Notes: generated by a model not told the origin, from the letters alone. Positions 1 to 12,375 are shown, counted from the first letter of the stretch. The stretch: 46,538 bases of DNA from Catajapyx aquilonaris (GCA_000934665.2 KZ538809.1:1-46538); one strand, 5' to 3'. Numbers and translations are program-made.

Positions 1-366
1 TGTGCTAGCACAGTTCAATCAGAAGCAGGCCTACTCATATAATATAGCAGCCTAATTCGCTAGTCGGTCGCTTATTCAGAGGCAAGGCCGGAAAGGTTGA
101 CGGAGCTCAGGCAGTCTATAGCTGCTAACAGAAATTACTTCCATTCTCGCCTCTGATGAACCTATATCGAAGCAGGCTCACTTGCTTTACCGGGTAGGCG
201 ACATTATAACCTATAAGTACTGCATATAAATTGACTCAAATCACGACTGCCATTCTCGAATACTGCAACGGTGTTTCAGACGCTAGGAATGAGCTACATC
301 GTGCTCTGCATTGTGAGTCATATGCACCTATACAAGGTATAGGTTCCACAATATACAGTATGTACA

Positions 367-488
367 GTATACGCCAAATTGTTTCATACCCCCGGGGTAT
401 GAAACAATTTGTCGTATACATAGGTATAGTGCTATATACGACAAATTGTTTCATACCCCTGGGGTATGAAACAACAATTTGGCGTATA
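367..488. repeat. Nested double palindrome (a ~52-bp palindrome followed by its own inverted copy)
   Basis: 367-419 is a palindrome centred on 393 (1 mismatch). 435-488 is its reverse complement, with a 3-nt ACA insertion, after a ~15-nt spacer. Confidence 0.9.
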
Positions 489-3400
489 TAGTACCAAATA
501 AAATTTTTGTAAGGATGAGGAATACAAATCCCTATATCTTGAATACCATTATTTTCGTATGTGCATGTTGGCAAGTGGACCAATATACAATCAGTGGTAT
601 AGACCAAACACATTGAATATGTCCAGAAGCAGCCGAGTGAAAGCTTGCAAGTGCGGACTTGCATGCAGTCGACTAATTCAATTCGCCTGTACGTCGCAGC
701 AAATTAATGCTTTGTTGCTAATCCCCGTAGCTAAGGGCGGCCAATTCGCCGGGGGATGTAGAGGGCCAGCTAAGCCATCAAATTGGCCTCGCCCACGCTC
801 AACTTATTTAAGGGCCTGACTTTATTACTATATACTACGGTATATATCCCCCATCCTTCCCTCCATCCCCTCCCCCCAATTCCATCATCCTAGCATCCGG
901 AAACTGCAGACAGATGACTGCCACGCTTCCCAGCAAATTCCTCACGCCTCAATTTGCATCACTCATACTTACTCCCAGATACCCTCTAACTGTTCACAAA
1001 TATTACAAGCTATATTTGAATTTTAAATTAAATTGTTTTCTCCATATGCATAATACTCTAAATGACCCTCCAACCAGCAGCCACTCATGCCATGGATGAT
1101 GGATGCAGAGAAAAGATGGATGTAGCCGTGGGACAAGTCGAGGTGTGAATTCCCATGTCGTTTGCTCCCTGGGTGAACTGAGGGAGGTAGAGAATAGTGG
1201 GGAGGGGAGGTGGCGCCTCGGGAGCGCCGCCGCTGACAGTTGGCTTCGCAGCTGTCACTCAGAGCCCGATAATATTAGTAATCCTACCAATCCGCTTCGG
1301 AGCCTGCCTGAAGCCTGCCTGCATGGCCGCACCACCACCAGCTCTCACCGCTAACAATGTCCCCTAAGAACGATTATTGGCCTGCCTCGCCTCCATGCCA
1401 CGCTCCTGGAGAACATAAGCTGCTGCAGCACCACCAGCATATAGACCAAGCTGTCTATAGACCCCCCCCCCCCTAACCATACCAGTATACACACTACGCC
1501 ACTGCATTATCTACACCCGGCACGTTCGTTCCTCTCGTCCGCCGCCATCATCTCTGCTGCAAACTCCTCCTAACCCGCTTATGAGTTGACTGCTGCTGTT
1601 GCCTCTACCTATATTACATGTCCAGACTGCTGTTGGTTGCAGGGCTGCTTGATGGATGGATGGAGGATTAGATGGAAGGTGGAAGACAGGTGTCTCATGC
1701 GGTTATCGCATGCAGGCTGCATTAGAGCTGTATACAAACAACGGGCTATATATCGTGACTAACCCATCAGAGAAACTGGGTGTCAGAGTAGTCCTCACTT
1801 AATTCAGTACACATTGCTTGTATTACCCCACATGAGGTATCAAAATGTATAATGAAATATCTGTTATTGGAGACAGCTGTGTATAGGGGCACCAGCCGTC
1901 GATATGTATTCTCAACAGGGGCTGAGTCGATAGAAAAATGGCGACTCTGAATCCATACTAGCTGTAAAAGTTTCCAAACAGGCACCATCGACTATAAGTG
2001 AGGGAGTTGTGTTGGGGGAAAAGTACGCATGACATTCTGCACATGGTATAGGGCTATTTTTATTCGCTCGCGTTTATGCAATACAGCCGATATGTGTACA
2101 AGTGATGACAATTATTGTGAAATAGAGAATTTCTGAGTATGACAACTCACAGTCAGTATCGTATAATAAATTGAAATAGAGCGGTGGCTACACCCATCAT
2201 AATGATCCGGTCGTCTATTGCAGATTATTAAAAATTCACAAGCTACATCCCTGCACAAAAATATTGCCGCAATAACATAAAGCTATACCGTATAATATTA
2301 TATTGCCACATGATATGGCACATTATTATCATCGAGCCATATTTGACTGGGATGTCGTTTTAATCAATCGTATAACTAGTAAAAGTGCCATAAACTGTAC
2401 CAGAGGTGAGACTTTCTTAAACAATATATTATTCTATCACTCGCATGCTCCCATTTTTTTGGAAATTAATAAATTATAATACTGCAGTTTTGCCTCGTAA
2501 AATTTCGCCCTGCTGTCCCTTAGATCTCGTATATTTTAGTAAGCTCGGTATTCACTTCTTGGTGATGTGAGTAAGTTTGGGTGTGGGGTTATAGTGGCAG
2601 ATGGTGAGAATAATATATTGTTGTCCTCATTTTCACTTGCATTTAATATATTATGATACATGCATGTTCAGTAAAAGGAGCAACGTTGACCAAATGATAT
2701 GAATATGATATCCAAAACATTTGGTTTCCTAAAAATAAATCATTGTTCAATGATATGGATACAGTATGTTTTGTAGTCAACGCATCATTATTATCATGTA
2801 CATATTATATTACTGCACTATATATACCCAAACCCCAAATTCAAGATAAATTGATTGTTCACTCCAGCAACCAGCAGTTTTAAAGAGAAGCAGCCCGTTT
2901 GAAGCAACAGTGGCAGGGGGATACAGTAGTATTACATCATATACTTGTCGGGATTGTGATGGTGTGACCAATAATTCATATAGTAAGTTACGTGCTGAAT
3001 ATTATTCTCCCAGGGAACTGGAGATTTGAGTAGCACCACACTATGTATGAGAAATTTATAAATATTCACCGAATTCCTACGAGTAACTATATAATGTATA
3101 GGCTACTGTACATAATAATTATACACTGAGAGAATAAAATCGAAATCAGACGTTAACAAAGATGGCAATAAGATGAATGGTAAGCACACCAAAATATGTA
3201 GGTAACTTATTTAGCGGGTTGATAATGACATTAGCAAACATGGAGGTCTGATAAAATTTTAGAAAACTAAGCTATATTCCCATGGACAAGCTATAATTTG
3301 GTTTCTAGTTATATCCATCCGCGACAAAAAAATACCTGCTTTGCAAGGTTTACTTTTTTTTAATGTTGCAGCATTATGCTGGCAGGCCTTGCTGAATTGC

Positions 3401-3627
3401 AAGCGCTTGAGAGATGTTATCTGTAAAACCGCTTCAATAATAATTTCATGTCGCGCTGTTGGCAGAATCCTAAGACAGCTTTAGTCATATTTCATCACCA
3501 AAGTGGGCAAAAGGCCTACAATAAAAAATGCATTTTTTCATCTCTTGAGACACTTTTTCGACTGCAGCTACACACATAGACTATAGGGTCACAATGTTGA
3601 AATTGGAGAGAATGTCATGGAATGGTA

Positions 3628-3912
3628 CAGTTCTGGACATTAATTCCGTCATACTGATATAGCCACATTTTCCGATGCGGTAGACGTGCAAATTGCAGTG
3701 ATAGAGTGCGAGCCGTGCGAGTAAGAAATGGTAGCCCTTGGGTGACGTCACTGGCTGGGGACAAGCCTTTTCTCTATTGCCCCCCAGCCGGTGACGTCAC
3801 TCACAGCCTACCTCTTCTTACTCGCACGGCTCGCACTCTATCACTTCTATTTGCACTTCTGCCGCATCAGTAAATGTCGCAAGCAGTACGACGCGATTAA
3901 TGTCCAACATTG
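3628..3912. mobile_element. Tc1/mariner-type fold-back MITE (~285 bp)
   Basis: Termini CAGTTCTGGACATTAAT / ATTAATGTCCAACATTG, flanked by TA (3626-27, 3913-14). The imperfect inverted arms run almost to the centre, e.g. GTGATAGAGTGCGAGCCGTGCGAGTAAGAA and its reverse complement. Confidence 0.85.
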
Positions 3913-4055
3913 TAGATTGCGTAACGTCACATTTATAATATTGTACTCCTCTGAGGCATATCTCAAGACTTTAAATGTAAAATATTAGTCCATTATCCTG
4001 AATAATAATACAGAAGATATCGCTGTGTCTCATTCTTAAAAAATTCGCAAAATAT

Positions 4056-4292
4056 TTATTTTACTTATTGGGAGAATCGGCGCTCCATTAGGGGAGTGGA
4101 ATACCACCATTGGATGGGGACAAGGATATAGGAAAGGAAGCTGCTGTGGCCTATTTTTACGAAAACGACCCCGGAATTGTCCTGATGGGAGGACCGTGGC
4201 CCGTGGGAAACCACAGAAAACCCCGGGAATCGAACCCAGGACCTCCCTATTACCACTCGGACTCCTTAACCACCACACCAACCTGCTTCGGT
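4056..4292 (-). mobile_element. tRNA-derived SINE (ACCGAAGC family)
   Basis: Minus strand reads ACCGAAGCAGGTTGGTGTGGTGGTTAAGG (A box) ... GGTTCGATTCCC (B box), then the family body GGTTTTCTGTGGTTTCCCAC...AATAGGCCACAGC and an A-rich tail. 16-bp TSD AAAA(T/C)TCGCAAAATAT at 4040-4055 and 4293-4308. Confidence 0.92.
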
Positions 4293-5217
4293 AAAACTCG
4301 CAAAATATACATAATGCCACACATCTAATGAATGTCAACAAAGAGTGAGAGTCCCATAACACCCTGTACCATATCTATATATAGAAGGTTCTCTTTTGGT
4401 CGGTAGCCGATGCCAGATGAGCTGAGAGTTTGTGGGATGGAGATGCCCCTGATGCTGCCTGCATCCATGAAAAGAAGAGGAGCCAGAAGGAGGAGAATCA
4501 TCCGGAGGACAGAATTTATTCCGGAGGGGTTGGAGCGAGCGGGGAGTTGGGGGGAAGGAGGGAGGCGAATGGTACGGTGCTGGCACGCTCGCTCGCTCTG
4601 GCACCATCATTTCTATTTCTATAAAACCCCGCAAGTAGGGGCTTATGAATCCAGAGGACGGGCGCCTCCTTTCACAAGGCCCAAGTAGTTCCCCGCCGAA
4701 AGGTAATCCAATATCAGATGAGGAAAATGCGCCCGAGGGCCCAGGCGATGATGCAATTGGATTTATCCAACGCAATTTCGGAATCGAATTTCACGATTCG
4801 TTATTTATGAGGAGAGCGGGAAAAGCTGTCGGCGCCGCCCAACCACCACTCTGCATTGTCATGGAAATTGCGCCTCAAGACGCGCATTAGACTTCCAGCT
4901 GCCAAAAACTTGGATGCTTCCTCACTCTCCCTCCTTCACTCACTCACTCCCCAGACAGCAGCTACAGAATAAAGAATAAAAGAAGTCATGGACTACGGAG
5001 GAAGGAAGCGACGAATGATAAGTGTAGTTCTCGGAAGGGCTGTGGATTCAACGGGGACAATAGACGTGCTGGATGTCGTGATGGGGGAGGGAGGAAAAAA
5101 AAAATATTGTCATACTTTTCAATATGTGGGGGATTTCTGAATGGGAAAGCAACGGAATGAAGCGATATAAGGCAAGAAAATATATATATTAAGTTCATAT
5201 ATTAAGCGTTGCTTGGC

Positions 5218-5466
5218 ACCGAAGCACTAAGCGGGAGGTCCTGGTTTCGAATCCCGGGGGTTTTCTGTGGTTTCCCACGGGACACGGTCCTCCCAGGATA
5301 ATGCCGGAGTCGTTTCCTCAAAAATAGGCCACAGCCGCTTCCTTCCGTCCCTATGTGCGAAGTAAGAGTCTGAAAAATCGAAGAAAACTGATGGTGGTAT
5401 GCCACCCCCCCCCCCCCTAAAAGGGCTCCGCCCTATCACGGGGTAAAATAAATAAATAAATATAAT
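5218..5466 (+). mobile_element. tRNA-derived SINE copy with A-box region deleted, (TAAA)n tail
   Basis: ACCGAAGC start, degenerate B box GTTTCGAATCCC, family body, tail GGGGTAAAATAAATAAATAAA. Candidate 14-bp TSD ATATTAAGCGTTGC at 5199-5212; its second copy is split by a MITE (5564-5570 + 5723-5729). Confidence 0.9.
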
Positions 5467-5558
5467 CATTATTTTTATTTATTTATTTTACCCCGTGATA
5501 GGGCGGAGCCCTTTAGGGGGGGGGGGGGGCATACCACCGTCAGTTTTCTTCGATTTTT
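5373..5558. repeat. Fold-back inverted duplication of the SINE 3' end
   Basis: 5373-5466 and 5468-5558 are near-perfect reverse complements around a 1-nt loop (5467). Confidence 0.95.
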
Positions 5559-5570
5559 TAAAAATATTAA

Positions 5571-5719
5571 GGGCCGTTTTCTCGAACGGTTCAAATGTAA
5601 ACCCGGTTCAAAGCCGGTTTAAACCCTTGACAACAGCCTAACAACAATCAAATCAGGGATTAAACTGGCTTTGAACCCGGTTTACATTTGAACCACTGCA
5701 CTGTTCGATAAAACGGCCC
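5571..5719. mobile_element. PIF/Harbinger (Tourist-like) MITE, 149 bp
   Basis: TIRs GGGCCGTTTTCTCGAAC / GTTCGATAAAACGGCCC, internal inverted arms, TAA TSD (5568-70, 5720-22). Confidence 0.9.
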
Positions 5720-5727
5720 TAAGCGTT

Positions 5728-6210
5728 GCCTGAAATGATCGCTAATGAAATAATAAACATGCACTTCCTGTTATATACTTTTTTAAATGGCAAACAGTTC
5801 ATTGTAATTGTAATTTTAATGCATTTTAATTCCTTTGGTGTACGAAAAGACCCCACGTCACGGTTCCAGGGTTAAAACTGTACCGGTACCACAAATTTTA
5901 AATGATGCAGACCCGTCCTGCGCAATGCAGCAAAACACACTGAAACCAAATAATTGTGTAAATTCATAATCCTGATATTATGAATTTACACAATTATTTG
6001 GTTTCACCAAAGGAATTAAAATGCATTAAAATTACAATTACAATGAACTGTTTGCCATTTAAAAAAGTATATAACAGGAAGTGCATGTTTATTATTTCAT
6101 TAGCGATCATTTTAGGCATCGTTCAAAGAATGATTGCATAATTATAGTCAATACATTGAAAAGTATTATATAAAAATAAAAATATGGCGTGGGGTCCTAA
6201 AAGACCCCAT
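5728..6210. mobile_element. Rearranged piggyBac-type non-autonomous element end with a 113-bp inverted duplication
   Basis: Minus strand TTAA|CCCTGGAACCGTGACGTGGGGTC (terminus 5871, TTAA 5872-75). Subterminal motif CGTGGGGTC..AAAAGACCCCA recurs at 6188-6209. 5728-5840 is the reverse complement of 6005-6117, and 5941-5970 of 5977-6006. Confidence 0.7.
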
Positions 6211-6340
6211 ACCATATTTTAAGATTCCAAGATTCTGGAGCCTTCTTTCAGTTGCTATTTTACAAATGCCATGATAATTTTTGATATCGATGGAAACGTG
6301 CCTCCTGAAACAGAGTTTAATAACAATTTATTTTGAGTAT

Positions 6341-6415
6341 TTTTGAGTAAATGTGACACCTACACTGGCCGAATATAATTATTCAGACAGTATAAGGTGC
6401 CAAATTTACTCAAAA
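6341..6415. repeat. Degenerate (older) palindrome
   Basis: TTTTGAGTAAATGTGACACCTACACTGGCCGAATA matches the reverse complement of TATTCAGACAGTATAAGGTGCCAAATTTACTCAAAA with several mismatches. Confidence 0.7.
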
Positions 6416-8015
6416 TTTTTGTTTTTAATTATACAGTATTATTATTATTCGAAAATACTGCAAGCAGTAGTAGATATAAAATTTTGTAACAATGATCAAA
6501 ATAATTTGCGCTCCTATACTTACTCAACCTGTCTATATGTAAAGCATTCATAATGCTCAGAAATATCAGGTATACTACTGATCCTCCTCATGTTTGTAAT
6601 GATCATGGCCTTTGAATTCTCATTAGTCTGCTGTGCGACCATTTTACTTTTGGTCCCACGTCAAGCCTGATTGTTATGCCTACAATGCGTGGGAACCTAT
6701 ACACAGAGTATTCGTGCTGTTGCCCACAGTAATGCTGATTTGCCTCATTATCCGTACCAGCATATGCTCAGGACTTTTTGGAAGGGTGGAGTGGAGTAGC
6801 AAAATGAACTGGGAAACATCAGTCGGGGTCCGCATTGAATGCATCGTCATGGTCTTATCAGGCGTCGGATGCATGGCCATCTCTTGATGGGCTGTGATTG
6901 CCCTCCCTCGACGCCAGTCTTTCTCTCTCAGGCTGCTCTTATCTCAGCAAGAACAAGGCGCCAACCAGACCAGTCTCACAATCCAACCACAACACACCAC
7001 CTAAACCACCACCATTATTTTGTCCTTCTCCACAAAAAAAAAAACCTTGATGCCGATGACTCGTGTATATTATCCGGCATTCACTGCATCGTTTCACACA
7101 CACCTCGTTTCCGGGTTCCTTTTAAGCACTCACATATACAACACCAAAGTTGAAATATCCGCAATGCAACAAAAAAAATGTAGAGAAAAGGCATTGAGCG
7201 TTTCGTTTCCAAGGTACCGTATATATACGGTTCAGAAAAATGATTACCTCTTTCAAAATTGCTTCTCAAGCTATAGGAATGAGCCTAATCCATACCTGAG
7301 TGCATATCACCTAGTACAAGGTTGTGTGGGTTGTTGGGAGAATGAGTGTAGATGGTGGCAGGATAAGTGTGGGCGTGAAGAAGGAGCGATAATCAGCACT
7401 AAGGCTGAAGAGCTAAGGAACATAATCATACCTGTCCCATGCCATGAGTAGACACCGTGTCGTATTTTTTTGGGCCCCCCTCTTCTCTATCCTTTTTCTT
7501 TTTCTCTTCTGCTGAACAGGCATTTATCGCTACGAGCGTCTTAAAAGCCAAGCATTAGCTAGATGGATGGATAGAAGGAAGGCGGGACGGACGGCCGAGA
7601 CACAATAGCCTACTGTGGGGGAGTATAAGCGCCCGTCCGTATACAGGTCTCCACCCCCATCATTAGCCCCGTCTCTTATATTCTTTTCTCTACTTCACGA
7701 ATCAAGTCTAGTGCCTCAAACCAAATCAGTCATTCGCCTCTCTCTCCAAACAAATAGGCTTATACGTACCAGACACAGTAGCTTTAGGCAACTAGCAGTT
7801 ACATTCAACTTGTGTGATGGCCACCTAGAGAGGATGCCTAGATGACAATGGCCAGATATGATAATGAGTCGGTTACAATGTCATACTCATGTATACCTCA
7901 CAGTTAGTATGTTACACCCAACTTGGACAGAACCAACACAGGACTCCACCATATATGACGGGAGAGGACAATAAAATGGCCACAGCACAATGATGCCTCA
8001 AGTCTCAGGGAATCA

Positions 8016-8096
8016 GGGAATCAGATGTGGAAAAGTCAAATATATTTGACTTTTTCACATCTGATTCCCCTTTGACAACTTTATAAAGTTGTCAAA
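8016..8096. repeat. Two abutting loop-less palindromes (54 bp and 26 bp)
   Basis: 8016-8069 is centred on 8042/8043 with 1 mismatch. 8071-8096 TTTGACAACTTTATAAAGTTGTCAAA is perfect. Confidence 0.92.
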
Positions 8097-8278
8097 AGCA
8101 AAAACATTAACTGAACCCACAGTAGCCTATATACAGAATAATATTGTAAGGAGTTATTTCTTATATCAAAGTAACTTAATAAACCCCAGCTCTTTAAGAA
8201 CCTGTTTTTTATGTAAACCTGTGTTTTTTATGTAAGCCTATTTTCTGGGCCAAAAGAAATGGTTTTTGTCCATAACTA

Positions 8279-8478
8279 CAGGGTGGTCCAACTATTTTGT
8301 CCGATCAGTTATCGGAAAAGCTTATGTATCTTCTAGCTATGTAACCAGAATATGCCCCAACATTTCTGGCACATCCCTCAACAGTTGAGGGATGTGCCAG
8401 ATATGTTGGGGCATATTCTGGCTACATAGCTAGAAGATACATAAGCTTTTCCGATAACTGATCGGACAAAAAAGTTGG
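8279..8478. mobile_element. Tc1/mariner MITE left end folded back on itself (95-bp arms, 1-nt loop)
   Basis: TA|CAGGGTGGTCCAACTATTTTGTCCGATCAGTTATCGGAAAA belongs to the same TIR family as 26722-27026. 8288-8382 pairs with 8384-8478 (about 3 mismatches). The right arm lacks the terminal 9 bp and the TA. Confidence 0.85.
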
Positions 8479-10012
8479 CTGCTGCTAAAAAACAGTTTCA
8501 AACACATACTGTATATTGGCATTTCCCTAGTACTGTATACAGTACCAGTGAAATGTATACAAACCTAAATTCTAATTTTTGTTGCACATCCTTAAAAGAG
8601 AAGAACATAAACAATAACAAATGGCAGAGGAGCACCGCAATAGTAGCAGAAAAAGCCGTTGTGTTGTATCAAAAATATGGTCCATCTTGTTTGTCAACAT
8701 GTACTTGTAACATTGGTTTAGGTTATCAAGAAAATACAACAATGCAAAGTACAGTGACTAAATCTATAACATATAGTAACGTGACCCTCGAAAAAGAGCT
8801 GGCAGCAGGACGAGGCACAGTAAAGAGGACAAATTGTGTAGGCAGGCAGTAGAACCGCAACCCGACATTACTTAACAACTTATCTTGAAGGCGAACAAAG
8901 GAGACAGATGCTGGAGAAATGAACAGCAGCAAGCAACAACAGCAGTAGTTTACGCCACAGGGCAAAAAAAAGGAGAAAAAAAAAAGTCCTCGAGTAGCAA
9001 AATTGCCTGGCCTTTATTCACACAAATTTGCAGCTGACGGGTAAAAATGAAGCCTTCTTCTCCCGGATTATGGAAAGAAAAGAAAAAAGGAGGAGACAAG
9101 TCGCAATAATCAGCATGAGGAGGCGGCAGCCAAGTCCGAAAATCCGCAGATGGGGCGCGCTTGGCTGGCCTACCGCTTAATGAGCACGTCTCCACCAGAA
9201 TAATTAGTCGACCACAGGACTAGACATTTTCATTATGTGTGTTGATGCCTCAAGCAAGCCTCTACCCCACCCCTAAACGAGCACCCGCTCTTACTTATCC
9301 TGAACACCAGCTTTTATCCTCTCCCTCAGCACATCACAATCCAATCTCAACAGAAGCTGCCCATGTTCAGAGAGATTCACTTAATCCTTGCAAAGTGATA
9401 CAGTTTACTGCGTACACGTAATAATGCAGTTACCATAATCATAACCAGTAAGCTGTACTGTATAACCAGTGCTAAATTTAGAATACTCCAAAATGACAAA
9501 AAATACAATAATATAGTAAACATCTGAAAATTAGCAATGTCATAATAAAAACAATTTATTAAAACACTCGCACATTCCATCCATAATTTAAAGAGACTCG
9601 CCGATTCACCGTGTGAGTAGCCTATATACACACATGGAGGCACATTGTATTCGTCTTTAGTTGATTTTCTTTGAAGTTGTTGCTGAAAAATTCCTGACTT
9701 TTTGAAACTGGGGATTGCGACACATTGTCTACTATCTTGGCAGTGCTTGTGTCAAATAAACTGCTAGCTTTTCCTGAAGCAATAAATAACATCGCGCAGA
9801 CCTGAAAACAAACGAACACTGCAATATCCTTATTAACCCATCTACAGGATGTAGACTATTGGGCTCAAATTGTTTTGGCCACTTTATCCTAGTCTTGAAG
9901 CAACCCTTCGCACAGGCCCCACGTTGAGCAGGTGTGTGAAGGGTTGCTTCAAGACCAGGATAAAGGGGCCACAACTATTTGTGCCCCATTGTACTTGTAT
10001 ATGACTTAAATT

Positions 10013-10310
10013 ACCGAAGCAGTTTGGAGGAGGGGATATGGTGTCCGACTGCTAATCGGGAGGTCCTGGGTTCGAATCCCGGGGCCGGCAACTCTGACCG
10101 TGGTTTTCTATGGTTTCCCACGGTCCCTCCAGGGAAATTCCGGAGTTGCTTCCGTAATTAATAGGCCACAGCCGCTTCCTTCCGTCCCTATCATATCCCA
10201 AAGAGCACAGTAAAATGAAAAGCAAAGAGTTCCAGGCAAAACAAACTTCATCCCTAAAGAGCCGATAAAGGCTGATAACGTGGTATCAATTATAATTATA
10301 ATTATTTTAT
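10013..10310 (+). mobile_element. tRNA-derived SINE, full length
   Basis: ACCGAAGC start, A box, anticodon-like CCGACTGCTAATCGG, B box GGTTCGAATCCC, family body, AT-rich tail. 15-bp TSD TATAT(G/A)ACTTAAATT at 9998-10012 and 10311-10325. Confidence 0.93.
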
Positions 10311-11659
10311 TATATAACTTAAATTAAAACCAGGCCATTCTTTAATGTTAATGCCTATTTGGCCAATCATCTCAACTTCAACTGACATCAAGCTAGAAAA
10401 TATTGTAGAATGCTTTCTCAACAAGCCCACACAATCAGAATAGGCAGATATCCATCACCACGTACCTGCACCTTTCCATAAACATATTTTAATCACCATT
10501 TTATGCACATATAAAATTTCAATCCCTAATTCATACATGAATATTTGACGTTGAGTGGTGACAAGATGGCGTCCACAAAGTGAGTGAGCTGGTGTTGGGA
10601 GAGAGGATGGGGGGGGGGGTGGGATGGGTTCTGAACAGGGGAGGTGTGGGGAGAGGTGTTGGAGTGAGTCTCCTCCATTTTCATTAGGGCGAATGGGGGC
10701 CCTTATTGACTCTGGCGATGATGAATAGCGATGAGAGCAGATCGATCTCATCAAGGGAGAGAGCGAGAGGCGGGATGGAGCAATATTTGCGAGCGAAATG
10801 AAGCATTAGGGGACCTAGGGCCTTTCCTGTTGCCAAAGCGCAGCCAACACTCGGCCCGTAATGAACTATTCAACTTCCGCCGCTTCTTCCGCATCCAGTA
10901 GCAGCGTTGGGATAGAGGGATGGAAGGGGGGGTGGTGGTAACAGGGAGATGGAGTGGGAGCCAACACCCCCCCAGCAGTAGCACTCTTGCTTGGCTCCAT
11001 CAGCTACAGCACCCATCCATCCATCGCATCCTGCTGCTCCTACTACTGCTGCCGCCGCCGCTAACTCACTTATGCAGTTATTCACTCTCACTTGACGCTC
11101 CATTTCGTGCCACCCTTCACAAAGACTCGCAACCCAATTACTCGGCCCCAGTTATTCCCGCGACTAATAGGCGAGTGGAGTTGCCACCTTTTGTGCGCCG
11201 CCATTATTTCCTCATTACCCGGCCCAGGCGCCTCCTCCGGAAGGAAGGAAGGAACGTAGCAGCAGCAGCAAGCCAGATAGCAGCCTGCTCCATTTTCTCA
11301 CAGCACAAATTCACAGCCATCTCCATCTTCTTACCTATATACACCCCGCATATACACTGAATTATAAACAGGGAGGCACATACATTTCTATAGGGGAGCG
11401 TGGTATACAAAACGATGAGGGGTTCAGCTCCCCTATCGGATGATCAAAAGATTATCCGGGATTTTTTTTTTAAACAAATAGGACAACCCCCTCACCCTCT
11501 GGTCTTCACTATTATGCAACTGCACGCTTTTTATTTTCAGTGTATAGCCTACACGTATAATTGAGTCATGGAAATAAAGAAATGGGCCCCAGTATGTGTT
11601 TCATATAATTTTGATTTAATGGTGTAAGTATAACCTAAGCCCTCCCTTTATAGCTATAA

Positions 11660-11978
11660 GGGGTCGTGCAAATACCACGTGACCGATTTTAGGCCACGTT
11701 TTGACCCCCCCCCCNNNNNNNNNNNNNNNNNNNNNNNNNNNNNNNNNNNNNNNNNNNNNNNNNNNNNNNNNNNNNNNNNNNNNNNNNNNNNNNNNNNNNN
11801 NNNNNNNNNNNNNNNNNNNNNNNNNNNNNNNNNNNNNNNNNNNNNNNNNNNNNNNNNNNNNNNNNNNNNNNNNNNNNNNNNNNNNNNNNNNNNNNNNNNN
11901 NNNNNNNNNNNNNNNNNNNNNNNNNNNNNNNNNNNCCCCCCTCCCCCCAAAACGGTCACGTGGTATTTGCACGGCCCC
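11660..11978. mobile_element. PIF/Harbinger MITE spanning an assembly gap
   Basis: TIRs GGGGTCGTGCAAATACCACGTGACCG / CGGTCACGTGGTATTTGCACGGCCCC, TAA TSD (11657-59, 11979-81). The interior is poly-C plus Ns. Confidence 0.88.
11715..11935. other. Assembly gap (N run) bounded by poly-C
   Basis: 221 Ns with C homopolymers on both sides. Confidence 0.99.
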
Positions 11979-12020
11979 TAAGGGGTGTAATAGAAAAACA
12001 CGATAACCCACATTTTTGAC

Positions 12021-12158
12021 CTAAACACCTATAGCAACTATGTAAAAGACATATATGTAATTTACATAGTTGCTATACGCGGTATAGGTGTTTAGTTCGT
12101 GGATGATATGGTTTGTTTGTTACAACAAACATTTAGGTATACTCAATATCATCCACGA
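12021..12158. repeat. Cluster of short inverted repeats
   Basis: CTAAACACCTATA/TATAGGTGTTTAG, TATAGCAACTATGTAAA/TTTACATAGTTGCTATA and TCGTGGATGATAT/ATATCATCCACGA. Confidence 0.75.
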
Positions 12159-12333
12159 GACGGCAACACGGACTAGATCAAAACCTGCATTCCCTATATA
12201 CAGTATTATTTGTTAAGAGAATGCAAACTTCAATTCGCTCTCCTGAAAAATTACACATTTGTAAGTTATCGTGTTTTTCCACCACACCCCTCAGTTCTTA
12301 CACAATAATTGTGCATGAATATCCTAAATCAGA

Positions 12334-12375
12334 CCAATCAGGGATATAAAAGCCCGTACCGGACCTCAGTGAGTC
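12334..12375 (+). promoter_or_regulatory. Candidate Pol II core promoter (CCAAT, TATAAAAG, TCAGT Inr-like)
   Basis: CCAAT 12334-38, TATAAAAG 12345-52, TCAGT 12366-70. Spacing is tighter than canonical and there is no transcript evidence. Confidence 0.3.

Noticed and set aside
231..664. Overlapping ORFs on both strands sharing IRQIVSYPRGMKQFVVY-like peptide
   Set aside because: Produced by the palindrome at 367-488.
4857..4880. miR-281-like start TGTCATGGAA
   Set aside because: Only the first ~10 nt match and I could not form a pre-miRNA hairpin with the upstream sequence.
6633..6887. ORFs on both strands as a possible exon
   Set aside because: No recognisable homology or convincing splice-site pair; the length is within chance expectation.
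10019..10090. tRNA-Ser(GCT) gene (also at 14820 and 24770)
   Set aside because: Poor acceptor stem, no long variable arm and no poly-T terminator; it continues into a shared body and tail with TSDs, so it is a SINE head.
11616..12011. ORFs spanning N gaps (also 36928-37654, including the longest ORF, 215 aa)
   Set aside because: Their length comes from N runs; the flanks are MITE or low-complexity sequence.
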